From positions 6,874 to 70,873 of the forward strand of contig JBIKKP010000001.1 of NCBI GenBank assembly GCA_044360285.1: DNA of 64,000 nucleotides. The letters run 5' to 3'. Below, one piece after another: positions 38,264-50,972 of the stretch. The DNA comes from Rickettsiales bacterium (lineage in GTDB: Bacteria > Pseudomonadota > Alphaproteobacteria > Rickettsiales > UBA1997). The position numbers and the translations under genes are program-made. Numbering within the stretch: position 1 is the stretch's first letter; every line of letters begins with the position of its first letter. The notes under the pieces are model-generated. The model was not told the origin of the DNA. It saw nothing but the letters and a program-made list of their open reading frames with translations, and searched no databases.

Positions 38264-39528
38264 TTCAAACCCTCATAGAAGCGCGCAGCATCTTGGTGGC
38301 AAGTGATTCGATCAAAGTTGATTGATTCGATAAAAACTCCCTCCAAAGAGCGTGCACGCGACAAAGCAACGTAGGCTTGGCCAGGACTAAAAACGTCAGA
38401 CAAGTCGCAAGAAATTTTGTCCAAAGTAAGCCCCTGCGCTTTGTGAATTGTCATCGCCCACGCTAAAATCAGCGGCACTTGATTGAGACCAGCATCAACG
38501 ACAAGTGCTTTTTTTTCTTCGTCAAAGCGCTCTAGCAGCCATTCTTCAGAAGTTATGGTTAAAATTTTGCCATTAGCAAATTCAACAATTGGATAATTTT
38601 TTTTCGGTGAAAATTCGCGAACAACGCCAAGCGAACCATTGATAATTCCTTCTTTTTGGTAGGTGTTTTTTATCATCATCACCTGCGATCCAACCTTTAA
38701 CCTCAAGGCTTGAGAGGCTAAGCAATTTTTTTTGAGAAACTCAATTTTCATCTCATCGCCAAAATATTTCGCCTCAAAAACAACTTCACTGCGCGGGATT
38801 TTTTTAAGCTCAACTTCATTAATTTTTTCGACCTTGAAATTATGCGTCGTCAAAACTGTTGGCTTAATTACTGAGTTTTTATCTTCGGCTCTAACCCTTG
38901 ATTCCAGAGCTTCGCGGTCACTTTTATCTAAATAACCGAAACGTAAATTATTCAGAATTTTTATGAATTTTTGATCAGTTTGGCGGAAGGTTTCTTGCAG
39001 GTCGAAAACCTTTAAATCTAAGGCGCGCCAACTTGGCGAGTTAAAACAAAAACTAAATTGCCCTGATTTTGCGACGGGAGGAAGTTGCAAGAAATCACCA
39101 AAAAGCATGATTTGCAGGCCGCCGAAGGGTTTATTATTTTCCCTCACACCACGCAAAACTAAATCCAAAATCTCAAAAATTTCCGCAGAAATCATTGAAA
39201 TTTCATCAATTGCCAAAGCCCGCGCTTGCTTGATGCGCCGGCGAATTTTGCTGAATTTTTTGCTGAAAATATTTTTGACAATTTCCTCAATTGGCAAATT
39301 TGCCAAACCAATTCCCGCCCAAGAGTGAATAGTGGCGCCGCCAATGTTAACGGCTGCAACGCCGGTGCTGGCGGTAATTTCTAGGCCAGAATTTGCGTAA
39401 TTTCTTTTGAGAAAATTTAAGAGATAAGATTTGCCGCTGCCCGCGCCACCTGTCACCAAAAGGCTTTTACCATCTTCAAATGCGCTTATGACTTCTTGTT
39501 GCTTGGAAGAAAGAGAGGAGAGTTCCAC
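38260..39528 (-). CDS. Pif1/RecD-like SF1 helicase
   Basis: Walker A GGAGSGKSYLL, DEISMIS, LFGDFLQLPPV, TIHKAQGLTLD and YVALSRARS. Confidence 0.75.
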   Translation of the reverse strand: MELSSLSSKQQEVISAFEDGKSLLVTGGAGSGKSYLLNFLKRNYANSGLEITASTGVAAVNIGGATIHSWAGIGLANLPIEEIVKNIFSKKFSKIRRRIKQARALAIDEISMISAEIFEILDLVLRGVRENNKPFGGLQIMLFGDFLQLPPVAKSGQFSFCFNSPSWRALDLKVFDLQETFRQTDQKFIKILNNLRFGYLDKSDREALESRVRAEDKNSVIKPTVLTTHNFKVEKINEVELKKIPRSEVVFEAKYFGDEMKIEFLKKNCLASQALRLKVGSQVMMIKNTYQKEGIINGSLGVVREFSPKKNYPIVEFANGKILTITSEEWLLERFDEEKKALVVDAGLNQVPLILAWAMTIHKAQGLTLDKISCDLSDVFSPGQAYVALSRARSLEGVFIESINFDRITCHQDAARFYEGLK

Positions 39529-39540
39529 ATCAAAATAAAA

Positions 39541-39575
39541 AGCTCGGCGACTTTTAAGAATAAAGGCGCCGAGCT
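39541..39575 (-). terminator. rho-independent terminator after the DsbA-family gene
   Basis: Minus strand: AGCTCGGCG-loop-CGCCGAGCT followed by TTTTTATTTT. Confidence 0.7.
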
Positions 39576-39587
39576 TGTTTTAAAAAA

Positions 39588-40451
39588 TTACTTTTTTCTG
39601 ATTGCCGCAATTTTTTGCTTGAAATCAGAAAGTTCTACTGCGCCTGGAATCAGCTCTTCGCCGATAACGAAGCCAGGAGTGCCATTAACGCCAATTTCAG
39701 AACCAAGTTTTTGGTTTTCTTGGATGATTGAAGCGATTTTGTCTTTTTGTTTTACCAAAGCTTCTTCAACCTTAGAAACATTGATTCCAACCGATTTAAC
39801 AACTTTCAGGGCGCCTTCTTTGCCTTTCTCGTTAGATTTCATCATGGCGTCGTGGAACTTTTTGTAAGAGCCTGGCTCAACCAAATGTACCGCCAAAGCA
39901 ACTGATGAAGCTTCAATAGAAGTTTGGCCAAAAATTGGGAATTCTCTGAAGATGAGGCGAACTTTTTTGTCAGAATTCAAAAGCTGCTCAATTGTTGCTT
40001 GGGCTTTTTTGCAATAGCCGCAAGAATAATCGAAGAACTCTACGATAGTCACATCATAGCCAGATGGCGCAAATTGTGGAGAATTTTTGTCGTTAAAAAG
40101 TTCGGATTTTTTTGCACTGATATTTTTTTGCGCATCTTTCGTTCTTTTTTCCATCTCTTCTTTCTGCATGTTATTTACAGACTCGATGATGGCTTTTGGA
40201 TTGGCAGCAATCCATTTGGCGATTACTTCCTCAACATCACCAACGTCAGAAACATCTTCGTCTGCATCAAGGCCACTTGACTTAACTTCCAGTTCTTTTG
40301 GCTCAGCACTTGCTGAATCTTTTTCATCAGAAGTGGAATTCATTTTGCCGAAAGTGTAGGCGCCAGAAACTGCAAGAAGGATTGCGATTGTAAGGATGGT
40401 TGGCTTAAGCACAGAAGACTTAAGCGGCACTTTTTTTCTGTGGAACGGCAT
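39588..40451 (-). CDS. DsbA-family periplasmic thiol:disulfide oxidoreductase (Com1-like)
   Basis: N-terminal TM/signal anchor. CGYC active site in a thioredoxin fold. VNGTPGFVIG. Confidence 0.8.
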   Translation of the reverse strand: MPFHRKKVPLKSSVLKPTILTIAILLAVSGAYTFGKMNSTSDEKDSASAEPKELEVKSSGLDADEDVSDVGDVEEVIAKWIAANPKAIIESVNNMQKEEMEKRTKDAQKNISAKKSELFNDKNSPQFAPSGYDVTIVEFFDYSCGYCKKAQATIEQLLNSDKKVRLIFREFPIFGQTSIEASSVALAVHLVEPGSYKKFHDAMMKSNEKGKEGALKVVKSVGINVSKVEEALVKQKDKIASIIQENQKLGSEIGVNGTPGFVIGEELIPGAVELSDFKQKIAAIRKK

Positions 40452-40547
40452 GAGATTTTTAGTTAAATTTGAAAGGAGTCTTTTAAAAAGATGGTAGAAA
40501 TTTCGTTACTCAACTTTTTCTAAGAAAGCGATATTGGCAAGCAAAAA

Positions 40548-41168
40548 ATGCCGGATTTTTCACTCGAAAAAACTTACCAAAATTTAATAATTTGTGGAAT
40601 TGATGAAGCTGGTCGTGGACCGCTTGCAGGTCCAGTAGTAGCTGCTTGCGCCATTTTAGATCAAAGTGATTTTCCTGAAGAAATTGACGATTCAAAAAAA
40701 TTATCAAAAAATTTGCGCAAAGAAATTTTTGCCAAACTCAAGGAAAAATCGATGTTTGGAATTGGCGTCGTTGACGAAAAAATTATTGATGAAATAAACA
40801 TCCTCCAAGCCACCAAAATGGCTATGCGGCTTGCTTTTGAAGATCTGCAAAAAAAATATAAAATTACGCCTAAAGTAATTTTAGTTGATGGAAATTTTGC
40901 ACCATTTGCACAAGAAAATTTACAAATTTTACCAATAATTAAAGGAGATCAGAAAAGCCTGTCTATTGCTGCTGCATCTATCTTGGCAAAAGAAACGCGC
41001 GATGAAATTATGAACAAAATTCATAAAAATTTTCCGCAATTTGGTTTCAATAAACACGCAGGTTATCCAACAAAATTTCACGTTGAACAAATTCAAAAAT
41101 TTGGTATTTGTCTTCATCATCGAAAGTCTTTCGAGCCAATAAAATCAATGCTTTATGCTAGTAATTAA
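40548..41168 (+). CDS. rnhB: ribonuclease HII
   Basis: GIDEAGRGPLAGPVV, DSKKLS. Confidence 0.95.
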   Translation: MPDFSLEKTYQNLIICGIDEAGRGPLAGPVVAACAILDQSDFPEEIDDSKKLSKNLRKEIFAKLKEKSMFGIGVVDEKIIDEINILQATKMAMRLAFEDLQKKYKITPKVILVDGNFAPFAQENLQILPIIKGDQKSLSIAAASILAKETRDEIMNKIHKNFPQFGFNKHAGYPTKFHVEQIQKFGICLHHRKSFEPIKSMLYASN

Positions 41169-41784
41169 CCAAAACGATCCAAGCGCAATTGAGCTAGCTT
41201 GCAAATTTTTGCGCGAAGGAAAAGTAATTTCTTTTGCAACTGATACGGTTTATGGAGTTGGTGTTGATGCCAGCAATTTCAAGGCCATACAGCGTTTGTA
41301 TGAAATCAAAAATCGTGAAGCAAAAAAACCAATTGCGATTTTTGTTAAAAATTTAACGGCGGCAAAAAAGATTTTTTTCTTCGGCGATTTGGCGCAAAAA
41401 ATTGCGGAGAAATTTTTGCCAGGAAGTTTGACTCTTGTCTTAAAAACTCTGCCGCAAGGCTTGTCCTGCCTTGCTTCAAACCTCAATCAAAATTCTGATA
41501 ATTTTTTAGGCTTTCGTATTGTGCGTCATGATTTTGTTGAAAAATTATTGGAAAATTTTGACAGAAATCTTGCTGTCACCAGCGCAAATTTAAGCGGAGA
41601 GCCTGCGGCCGTTGATGCTGAAATGATTAAAAATTATTTCCAAAATTCAGAAATTGACCTGCTCATTGATGGTGGAAAAACAAAAACAGGAGTTGCTTCA
41701 ACTGTCGTTAAAATTGACAACGAGACTGCAACCGTTCTGCGCCAAGGCGCCATAGACTTAACATCTTTTTTAAAAGACGCATGA
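41155..41784 (+). CDS. tsaC: L-threonylcarbamoyladenylate synthase (YrdC/TsaC type)
   Basis: TDTVYGVGVDA, KPIAIFV, TSANLSGEP. Confidence 0.85.
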   Translation: MLVINQNDPSAIELACKFLREGKVISFATDTVYGVGVDASNFKAIQRLYEIKNREAKKPIAIFVKNLTAAKKIFFFGDLAQKIAEKFLPGSLTLVLKTLPQGLSCLASNLNQNSDNFLGFRIVRHDFVEKLLENFDRNLAVTSANLSGEPAAVDAEMIKNYFQNSEIDLLIDGGKTKTGVASTVVKIDNETATVLRQGAIDLTSFLKDA

Positions 41785-42371
41785 ACATCATGGAAATTTT
41801 GCGCAACCCAATTGTAAAAACTGTTGGAATCGCTGCCATTCTTTACTTCGCGCTCTTCTACAACAAAGAAAACCCTGAATCGCTGGGCAACCGTTTATCG
41901 CCAAAAAATATCAAAGAAGGTCTTGGCGAAGTGACAAAAAAAGCACAATTTATTGCTGGCGGCATCAGCACTGCGAACGAGCAAGCTAAAGAAATGGAAA
42001 AGCTAAGAAGTAAAAAATTTCAAGATGCCGCATCCGATTATAAAGACATTAAAACAGGCGAAGGAGAGGCAATTTCTTGCGGCGATTACGCCTTAATTTC
42101 TTACAAAATCTTCAATTCGCAAAATCAAGAATTAGCCAAACAACCAAGTCAGCCAATTTCAATTGGGACGCAACAAAATCTGCTGCTTGAAAGAAACATT
42201 ATCGGCATGAAACGAGGTGGGACAAGGGTTATTACCGTCACACAAAATCCCAATATCACTGATCCAATGTTAAAATCTCAGATCGAACAAAGCGGAGGGC
42301 GCATGATTTTTGAAGTGACGCTTGAAAATTTTGACGCTCTTCCAAACAACAAAAACTCTTCCTGCAAATGA
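41781..42371 (+). CDS. membrane-anchored FKBP-like peptidyl-prolyl isomerase (divergent)
   Basis: N-terminal TM. The pattern GEGEAISCGDYALISYKIF...IIGMKRGGTRVITV...FEVTL resembles an FKBP domain. Confidence 0.4.
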   Translation: MNIMEILRNPIVKTVGIAAILYFALFYNKENPESLGNRLSPKNIKEGLGEVTKKAQFIAGGISTANEQAKEMEKLRSKKFQDAASDYKDIKTGEGEAISCGDYALISYKIFNSQNQELAKQPSQPISIGTQQNLLLERNIIGMKRGGTRVITVTQNPNITDPMLKSQIEQSGGRMIFEVTLENFDALPNNKNSSCK

Positions 42372-42937
42372 CCAAAAAATCTGACGATTCTGCGATAAAA
42401 TTTTTGTGCGATTTTCTGCCACTGGCCGTTTTTTTTGCAACTTACAAACTTTCTGAAAGCCCTAGGCCACTAGTTGCAGCAACAATTTTGATGCTCATTA
42501 CAACTTTTTTCTGCCTGTCGATTTCTTACATTTTTACCAAAAAAATTCCTGCTGTTGCACTTTTCTCTGCGGCGATTCTTGGCATATTTGGCAGCCTCAC
42601 CATCATTCTTGAAAATGAGATCTTCATCAAAATCAAACCAACCATCATCAACTTGCTACTTGCGGCAATTTTGCTTTACGGATTTTTTAGTAAAAAACCC
42701 CTTATCTCTTATCTTTTTGGCGAGAAAGTAAAAATGAGTAATCGCGCTTGGCTTACTCTCTCAAAGCGTTGGGCAATTTTCTTTATATTTTTGGCGCTGC
42801 TTAATGAAGTCATCTGGCGCAATTTTTCAACCGATTTTTGGGTACAGTTTAAAGTCTTTGGCATGATGCCGCTTTCGCTGCTTTTCACAATTTCACAAAC
42901 ACCATTTATGATGAGAGAGATGGAGAAAACGACCTAA
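42368..42937 (+). CDS. yciB: inner membrane-spanning septation protein A (YciB/IspZ)
   Basis: 5-TM pattern with KIKPTIINLLLA...W..LSKRWAIFFIFLALLNEVIW. Confidence 0.75.
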   Translation: MTKKSDDSAIKFLCDFLPLAVFFATYKLSESPRPLVAATILMLITTFFCLSISYIFTKKIPAVALFSAAILGIFGSLTIILENEIFIKIKPTIINLLLAAILLYGFFSKKPLISYLFGEKVKMSNRAWLTLSKRWAIFFIFLALLNEVIWRNFSTDFWVQFKVFGMMPLSLLFTISQTPFMMREMEKTT

Positions 42938-42964
42938 GCGGCTGTTTTTGGCCCTGCCACAGAG

Positions 42965-46388
<3,424 letters not shown>

Positions 46389-46437
46389 GGAAGCTACAGA
46401 TTCAATCCTCTAAATGTAAAATTCTTTTTCGTATAAA

Positions 46438-47370
46438 ATGATTAAAAAAAATGACATCATCGATATCGTCTCGCCTGGTACGGCGTGCAGTTTGGCAGAG
46501 ATTTTAGAAATTGAAAATTACGTCAAAAAAATTGGCCTAAAATCACGAATTTTTTTGCACGATGAAACTGCGATGAATAAATCAGCAAGCAGCGAATTTG
46601 CAGGAATCGCGCCAAAAAAACGCTTCGAACAATTTAAAAAATCAGTTGAAAGCAAAGACTCAAAAATAATTTGGTGCACGCGCGGAGGCTACGGCAGCGC
46701 GGAAATTCTGCAGTTTCTAGAAAAACTTCCCAAACCAAAAACTAAAAAAATTCTTATCGGATTCTCCGACATAACTTCGCTAAACAAGCTGTTGATTGAG
46801 AAATGGAATTGGCAAATTGTGAGTGCACCGATGCTGATCCAGCTTGCCTCAAACACGGTTTCAAAAAAAGCCGAAAAAGGAATTTTGGATTTAATTTTTG
46901 GAAAAAATTCTGAATTAAAATATCAGCTAACGGCGCTTTCAGCTAAGAAATCGGCGGTTGTGGCGCCAATTGTTGGAGGATGTTTAAGCGTTCTTTGCGG
47001 ACATTTTGGCACAAAAAATAATCTCAACTGGCAGGGAAAAATTTTATTCCTCGAAGACGAAGGAGAAACAGGCGAGCGGCTTGATCGCTATTTTAGTCAA
47101 TTGCTGACAATCATTGGTGAAACAAAAAAAATTCCTGCGGCAATTTTACTTGGAAATTTTTTGCAGGCCAATTTGCACGGCACTCCGAAAGCAAAAAATG
47201 TTGAGATTGCCATCGAGAAATTTGCTAAAAATTTAGCTGAAAAAAAATTATCAATTCCACTTTTTGTGGAAAAAACTAAGTGCCTTGGACATAGCAAAGA
47301 CATGCTTCCGCTCGTGCTTGGTTCGGAAGCGAAAATTGATAAGAATTTGCAACTCACTCAAATCCTCTAA
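46438..47370 (+). CDS. ldcA: LD-carboxypeptidase (muramoyltetrapeptide carboxypeptidase, S66)
   Basis: GGYGSAEIL, GFSDITSL, LEDEGE, GH. Confidence 0.75.
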   Translation: MIKKNDIIDIVSPGTACSLAEILEIENYVKKIGLKSRIFLHDETAMNKSASSEFAGIAPKKRFEQFKKSVESKDSKIIWCTRGGYGSAEILQFLEKLPKPKTKKILIGFSDITSLNKLLIEKWNWQIVSAPMLIQLASNTVSKKAEKGILDLIFGKNSELKYQLTALSAKKSAVVAPIVGGCLSVLCGHFGTKNNLNWQGKILFLEDEGETGERLDRYFSQLLTIIGETKKIPAAILLGNFLQANLHGTPKAKNVEIAIEKFAKNLAEKKLSIPLFVEKTKCLGHSKDMLPLVLGSEAKIDKNLQLTQIL

Positions 47371-47387
47371 CACCGCCATCTTCTACC

Positions 47388-47521
47388 ACCTCGTCATCCT
47401 TTACAACCTCGTCATCCTTTACAACCTCGTCATCCTTGAATTGCATAGCAATTCGAGGATCTCTTTTGCTCAACGCTAAACAAAACTAGATCCTCGAAGC
47501 CTTTCGGCTTCAAGGATGACG
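47388..47521. repeat. palindromic element (family A) whose left arm is tandemly triplicated (18-bp unit)
   Basis: acctcgtcatcctttaca at 47388-47405 and 47406-47423, with a third diverging copy from 47424. Outer arms cgtcatccttgaa (47428-47440) / ttcaaggatgacg (47509-47521). Inner arms cgaggatc / gatcctcg. Hairpin gaagcc-tttc-ggcttc. Confidence 0.85.
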
Positions 47522-47635
47522 GTGTTAGATTTCAATGATGAAGAGATGGCGATGTGATTTTAATTTGTTTTTTCTTTAGCGGCTTTTTAAAAAATTTCCG
47601 CAACAGCCCTTACCTCTAGATTTCCCAATTGAAAA

Positions 47636-48820
47636 ATGACTGAATCGACTCACGAAAATAAACGAATGACCATCAATTTTGGACCACAGCACCCGGCAGC
47701 GCACGGTGTGTTACGTCTGGTTTTGGAAATGGATGGCGAAGTTGTCACTCGCGCCGACCCTCATATTGGCTTGCTGCATCGTGGCACTGAGAAACTCATC
47801 GAACACAAAACTTATCTGCAAGCTGTTCCATATTTTGACCGCCTAGACTATGTGTCGCCAATGTGTCAGGAGCATGCTTACGCCCTTGCTGTTGAAAAAC
47901 TTTTGGGCTGCAAAATTCCGCTGCGTGCCAGCTATATTCGTGTGCTCTTTTCTGAAATTACACGCCTGCTTAATCACATCATGGCAGTCACAACCCAGGC
48001 CCTTGACGTTGGGGCAATGACGCCACTTTTGTGGATGTTTGAAGAGCGCGAAAAAATGATGGGATTTTATGAAAAAGTTTCGGGATCGCGCATGCACGCC
48101 GCTTACATTCGCCCAGGCGGAGTTCACCAAGACTTGCCAGACGGTCTTGAAGACGAGATCATGAAATTCACCAAGCAGCACGAAAAATACATCGACGACT
48201 TGGAAGGGCTGCTTACCGACAACCGAATCTTCAAGCAGCGTATGGTTGAAATCGGCGTGGTGTCAAAGCAAGAGGCTTTGGATTGGGGGTTTTCTGGACC
48301 AATGATTCGCGGCTCGGGAATTGCTTGGGACCTACGCAAAAGCCAGCCTTACGAAATTTATGACCAACTTGAGTTCGATATTCCAGTTGGAAAAAACGGC
48401 GATTCTTATGACCGCTATCTCATCCGCGTTGAGGAAATGCGTCAGTCGCTGAAGATGATCAAACAATGTTTGGAAAAAATGCCGGAAGGCGAAATCTGCG
48501 TCGATGATCCAAAAATTGCCCCACCAAAAAGAGGCGACATGAAGGGCGACATGGAATCGCTGATCAACCACTTCAAACTTTACACCGAAGGCTATCACGT
48601 GCCAGCCGGCGAGGCTTATGGCTGCGTGGAAGCACCAAAAGGTGAATTTGGTGTTTACGTAATTTCGGATGGCTCAAACAAACCGCACCGCTGCCGCGTT
48701 CGTGCGCCAGGTTTTGCGCATTTGCAAGGTTTGGAATTTATGGCGAAAGGCCATATGCTTGCTGACGTTGTTACGGTGATCTCAACGCAAGACATCGTAT
48801 TTGGCGAAGTCGATCGTTAA
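47636..48820 (+). CDS. nuoD: NADH-quinone oxidoreductase subunit D
   Basis: [22 protein letters not shown], ...[10 protein letters not shown] terminus. Confidence 0.95.
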   Translation: MTESTHENKRMTINFGPQHPAAHGVLRLVLEMDGEVVTRADPHIGLLHRGTEKLIEHKTYLQAVPYFDRLDYVSPMCQEHAYALAVEKLLGCKIPLRASYIRVLFSEITRLLNHIMAVTTQALDVGAMTPLLWMFEEREKMMGFYEKVSGSRMHAAYIRPGGVHQDLPDGLEDEIMKFTKQHEKYIDDLEGLLTDNRIFKQRMVEIGVVSKQEALDWGFSGPMIRGSGIAWDLRKSQPYEIYDQLEFDIPVGKNGDSYDRYLIRVEEMRQSLKMIKQCLEKMPEGEICVDDPKIAPPKRGDMKGDMESLINHFKLYTEGYHVPAGEAYGCVEAPKGEFGVYVISDGSNKPHRCRVRAPGFAHLQGLEFMAKGHMLADVVTVISTQDIVFGEVDR

Positions 48821-48837
48821 CCAAAAAATTAAGAATT

Positions 48838-49671
48838 ATGAAACTAGCTGAACTCTGTCAAAAATTTGAAAAATACAGAATCAAAGGCAGCGATGCTGGT
48901 AGTAAAACAGAAAAAACGCTTAGCGCTCTAAGCGATGCAGAGTTAAAAGATATTCTTGGACTTCCCGAAAGCGCCACAAAAGATGATGTAAGACTTGCTC
49001 ATCGAAAAGCTTTGATAACAGCCCATCCAGATAAAAATCCTAACGACCAAGTGACGGCTCAAGGAGTTTTCACAAATCTAGCCGCACTAAAAGAGGAACT
49101 CGACGGTCGCTTCGATGGAACTAGAAAGCAAAAAGCGGCGACAACTACTCCTTCACCTAGAACAGCAAGCGCTCCAACTGATTTCTCTCACGCGCAAACG
49201 AGACATTCTGGCGCTACCCGCCCTTCAATGGTGCACAGCTTTAGCCAAAGAACCTCTTTCTTCGACGACCCACTTGCTGATATTTTAAGAGACCTTTGCC
49301 AAATTTTTTCTTTTGGATTTAATCAACGTCCAGCGGTTCGTACCGCAACTTTCCCTAGCCATTTTAGCCAACATCGGCCACAGGCTCACTTTCATCCAGA
49401 ATTTGGTCACGGCCTGCGTTTTGCAACCCCAAGACCTGCGCCACAACCAGCGGCAGATCTATTTGCTAATTTTTTATCTCAATCTTTTTTCTCTGGAACT
49501 CGCCAATCACCTTTCGCGCTAGTATTTACAGTTCATCTTATCGATTCTGTACCTTTCGTTCCGCTGTTTTGCAGCAAAGGGAATGGACTTTCTGACGCTT
49601 ATAAAAAAATTCCATCCCACAACCAAATTCCGCAAACCACTCAATCTTTAGAAAGAGGCGGCGGAAGATAG
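48838..49671 (+). CDS. J-domain protein with a low-complexity P/S/F/Q-rich C-terminal half
   Basis: LGLPESATKDDVRLAHRKALITAH63PD65KNPND. No Gly/Phe region, zinc finger or DnaJ C-terminal domain. Confidence 0.7.
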   Translation: MKLAELCQKFEKYRIKGSDAGSKTEKTLSALSDAELKDILGLPESATKDDVRLAHRKALITAHPDKNPNDQVTAQGVFTNLAALKEELDGRFDGTRKQKAATTTPSPRTASAPTDFSHAQTRHSGATRPSMVHSFSQRTSFFDDPLADILRDLCQIFSFGFNQRPAVRTATFPSHFSQHRPQAHFHPEFGHGLRFATPRPAPQPAADLFANFLSQSFFSGTRQSPFALVFTVHLIDSVPFVPLFCSKGNGLSDAYKKIPSHNQIPQTTQSLERGGGR

Positions 49672-49680
49672 CAAGGCCAG

Positions 49681-49708
49681 TTGACATTTGTTTTTTCGCC
49701 AATACAAC
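49681..49708 (+). promoter_or_regulatory. candidate sigma-70 promoter for rpmJ
   Basis: TTGACA (49681-49686), 16-nt spacer, TACAAC (49703-49708). Confidence 0.3.
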
Positions 49709-49769
49709 GCGCCGCCTTTGTTTTCCGGGTGCAAATTCAGCTTTGGATAATTCAAACTTTTAGGATCAG

Positions 49770-49895
49770 ATGAAAATTTTTAACTCACTTAAAGCCGCTA
49801 AAAAAAGAGACAAAAACTGCAAAGTAGTGCGCAGAAAAGGCCGTCTTTACGTCATCAATAAAGTAAACCCTCGCTTCAAAGCTCGCCAAGGCTAG
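49770..49895 (+). CDS. rpmJ: 50S ribosomal protein L36
   Basis: Not in ORF track because it is too short. AGGA Shine-Dalgarno, then [41 protein letters not shown] (41 aa), the alphaproteobacterial-type L36. Confidence 0.9.
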   Translation: MKIFNSLKAAKKRDKNCKVVRRKGRLYVINKVNPRFKARQG

Positions 49896-50012
49896 TTCTT
49901 CTGCAGATTTTTGGGCCTTGCTCTAACTCGTTAGGCAAAAGACGTTTGCGCCTGCCCGCCTTACTTACCCAAATTTCGCAAAGAATTCAGTTAAAGAATA
50001 ACTGGTTAAAAG

Positions 50013-50972
50013 ATGTCGTCTCAAGCCCCCAAAATCAGAATTGGCAGCAGAACCAGTAAATTAGCCCTCGCACAAGTCGCAGAAATCAACTCTCTGCTTT
50101 CGTTGCATATTGACCCAAACCAAATCGAAATCGTGCCAATCACCACTTCCGGTGATAAAATTCAAGATCGCAACCTTGCCGATATTGGCGGCAAAGGTTT
50201 ATTCATTAAGGAACTTGAGGAAGCGTTAATTCGCAACAAAATCGACATCGCCATTCACTCGGCAAAAGACGTTCCGCCACAACTTCACGAAGAAACAACG
50301 CTTGCCGCTTTCAGCAAAAGGCTTTCGGTCAATGACTGTTTTATTTCCAAAAAATTTACCTCAATTGAAGAACTGCCGCAAGGCGCTTTAGTTGGCACTT
50401 CGTCGGCGCGCCGTAAAGCTATTTTGCTGCGTTTACGCCCCGACCTAAAAATCGTAAATTTCCGCGGCAACGTCGACACTAGGCTGCGCAAAGTTGAGGC
50501 TGGTGAAGTTGATGCAACGATTCTTGCTTTATGCGGTTTGCAGCGCCTTTCAAGAAACGGAAAAGTTGTCTGTCCAAAAGGTTATGAAGAGGGAAAAATC
50601 ATCGATGAAAACATCATGCTGCCCGCTGGAGGACAGGGCGCACTAGCTATCCAAATCAAAAAATCGAACCAAGAAATTTTTTCGCTGTTACAAAAAATTA
50701 ATCATCTTGAGACGCAAATTGCCCTAAAATGTGAACGCGCTTTTTTACGCGAACTTGGCGCTTCTTGCTCTACTCCCGTCTCGGTTTATGCCGAAATCAA
50801 AAATGATGAAGTTGTGTTAAAAACGATGATTTTGGATTATGACGGCAGCGAGATTTTTGAAACTACTTCAAGTTGCAAAATTGACTTAGAAGCGGCAATT
50901 GCGCTTGGATTTGCAGCAGCGCAGCGCACAAAAGAAGAAGCAGCTAAATTACTCAAAAAAATCTGCCGCTAA
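50013..50972 (+). CDS. hemC: porphobilinogen deaminase (hydroxymethylbilane synthase)
   Basis: RIGSRTSKLALAQ, GDK...L.DIGGKGLF.KELE, SSARR. Confidence 0.95.
   Translation: MSSQAPKIRIGSRTSKLALAQVAEINSLLSLHIDPNQIEIVPITTSGDKIQDRNLADIGGKGLFIKELEEALIRNKIDIAIHSAKDVPPQLHEETTLAAFSKRLSVNDCFISKKFTSIEELPQGALVGTSSARRKAILLRLRPDLKIVNFRGNVDTRLRKVEAGEVDATILALCGLQRLSRNGKVVCPKGYEEGKIIDENIMLPAGGQGALAIQIKKSNQEIFSLLQKINHLETQIALKCERAFLRELGASCSTPVSVYAEIKNDEVVLKTMILDYDGSEIFETTSSCKIDLEAAIALGFAAAQRTKEEAAKLLKKICR

Noticed and set aside
47388-47440. Checked whether the direct repeats could be a CRISPR array.
   Set aside because: The 18-bp units are contiguous with no spacers, and no cas genes are present. It is a tandem duplication of a palindromic-element arm.
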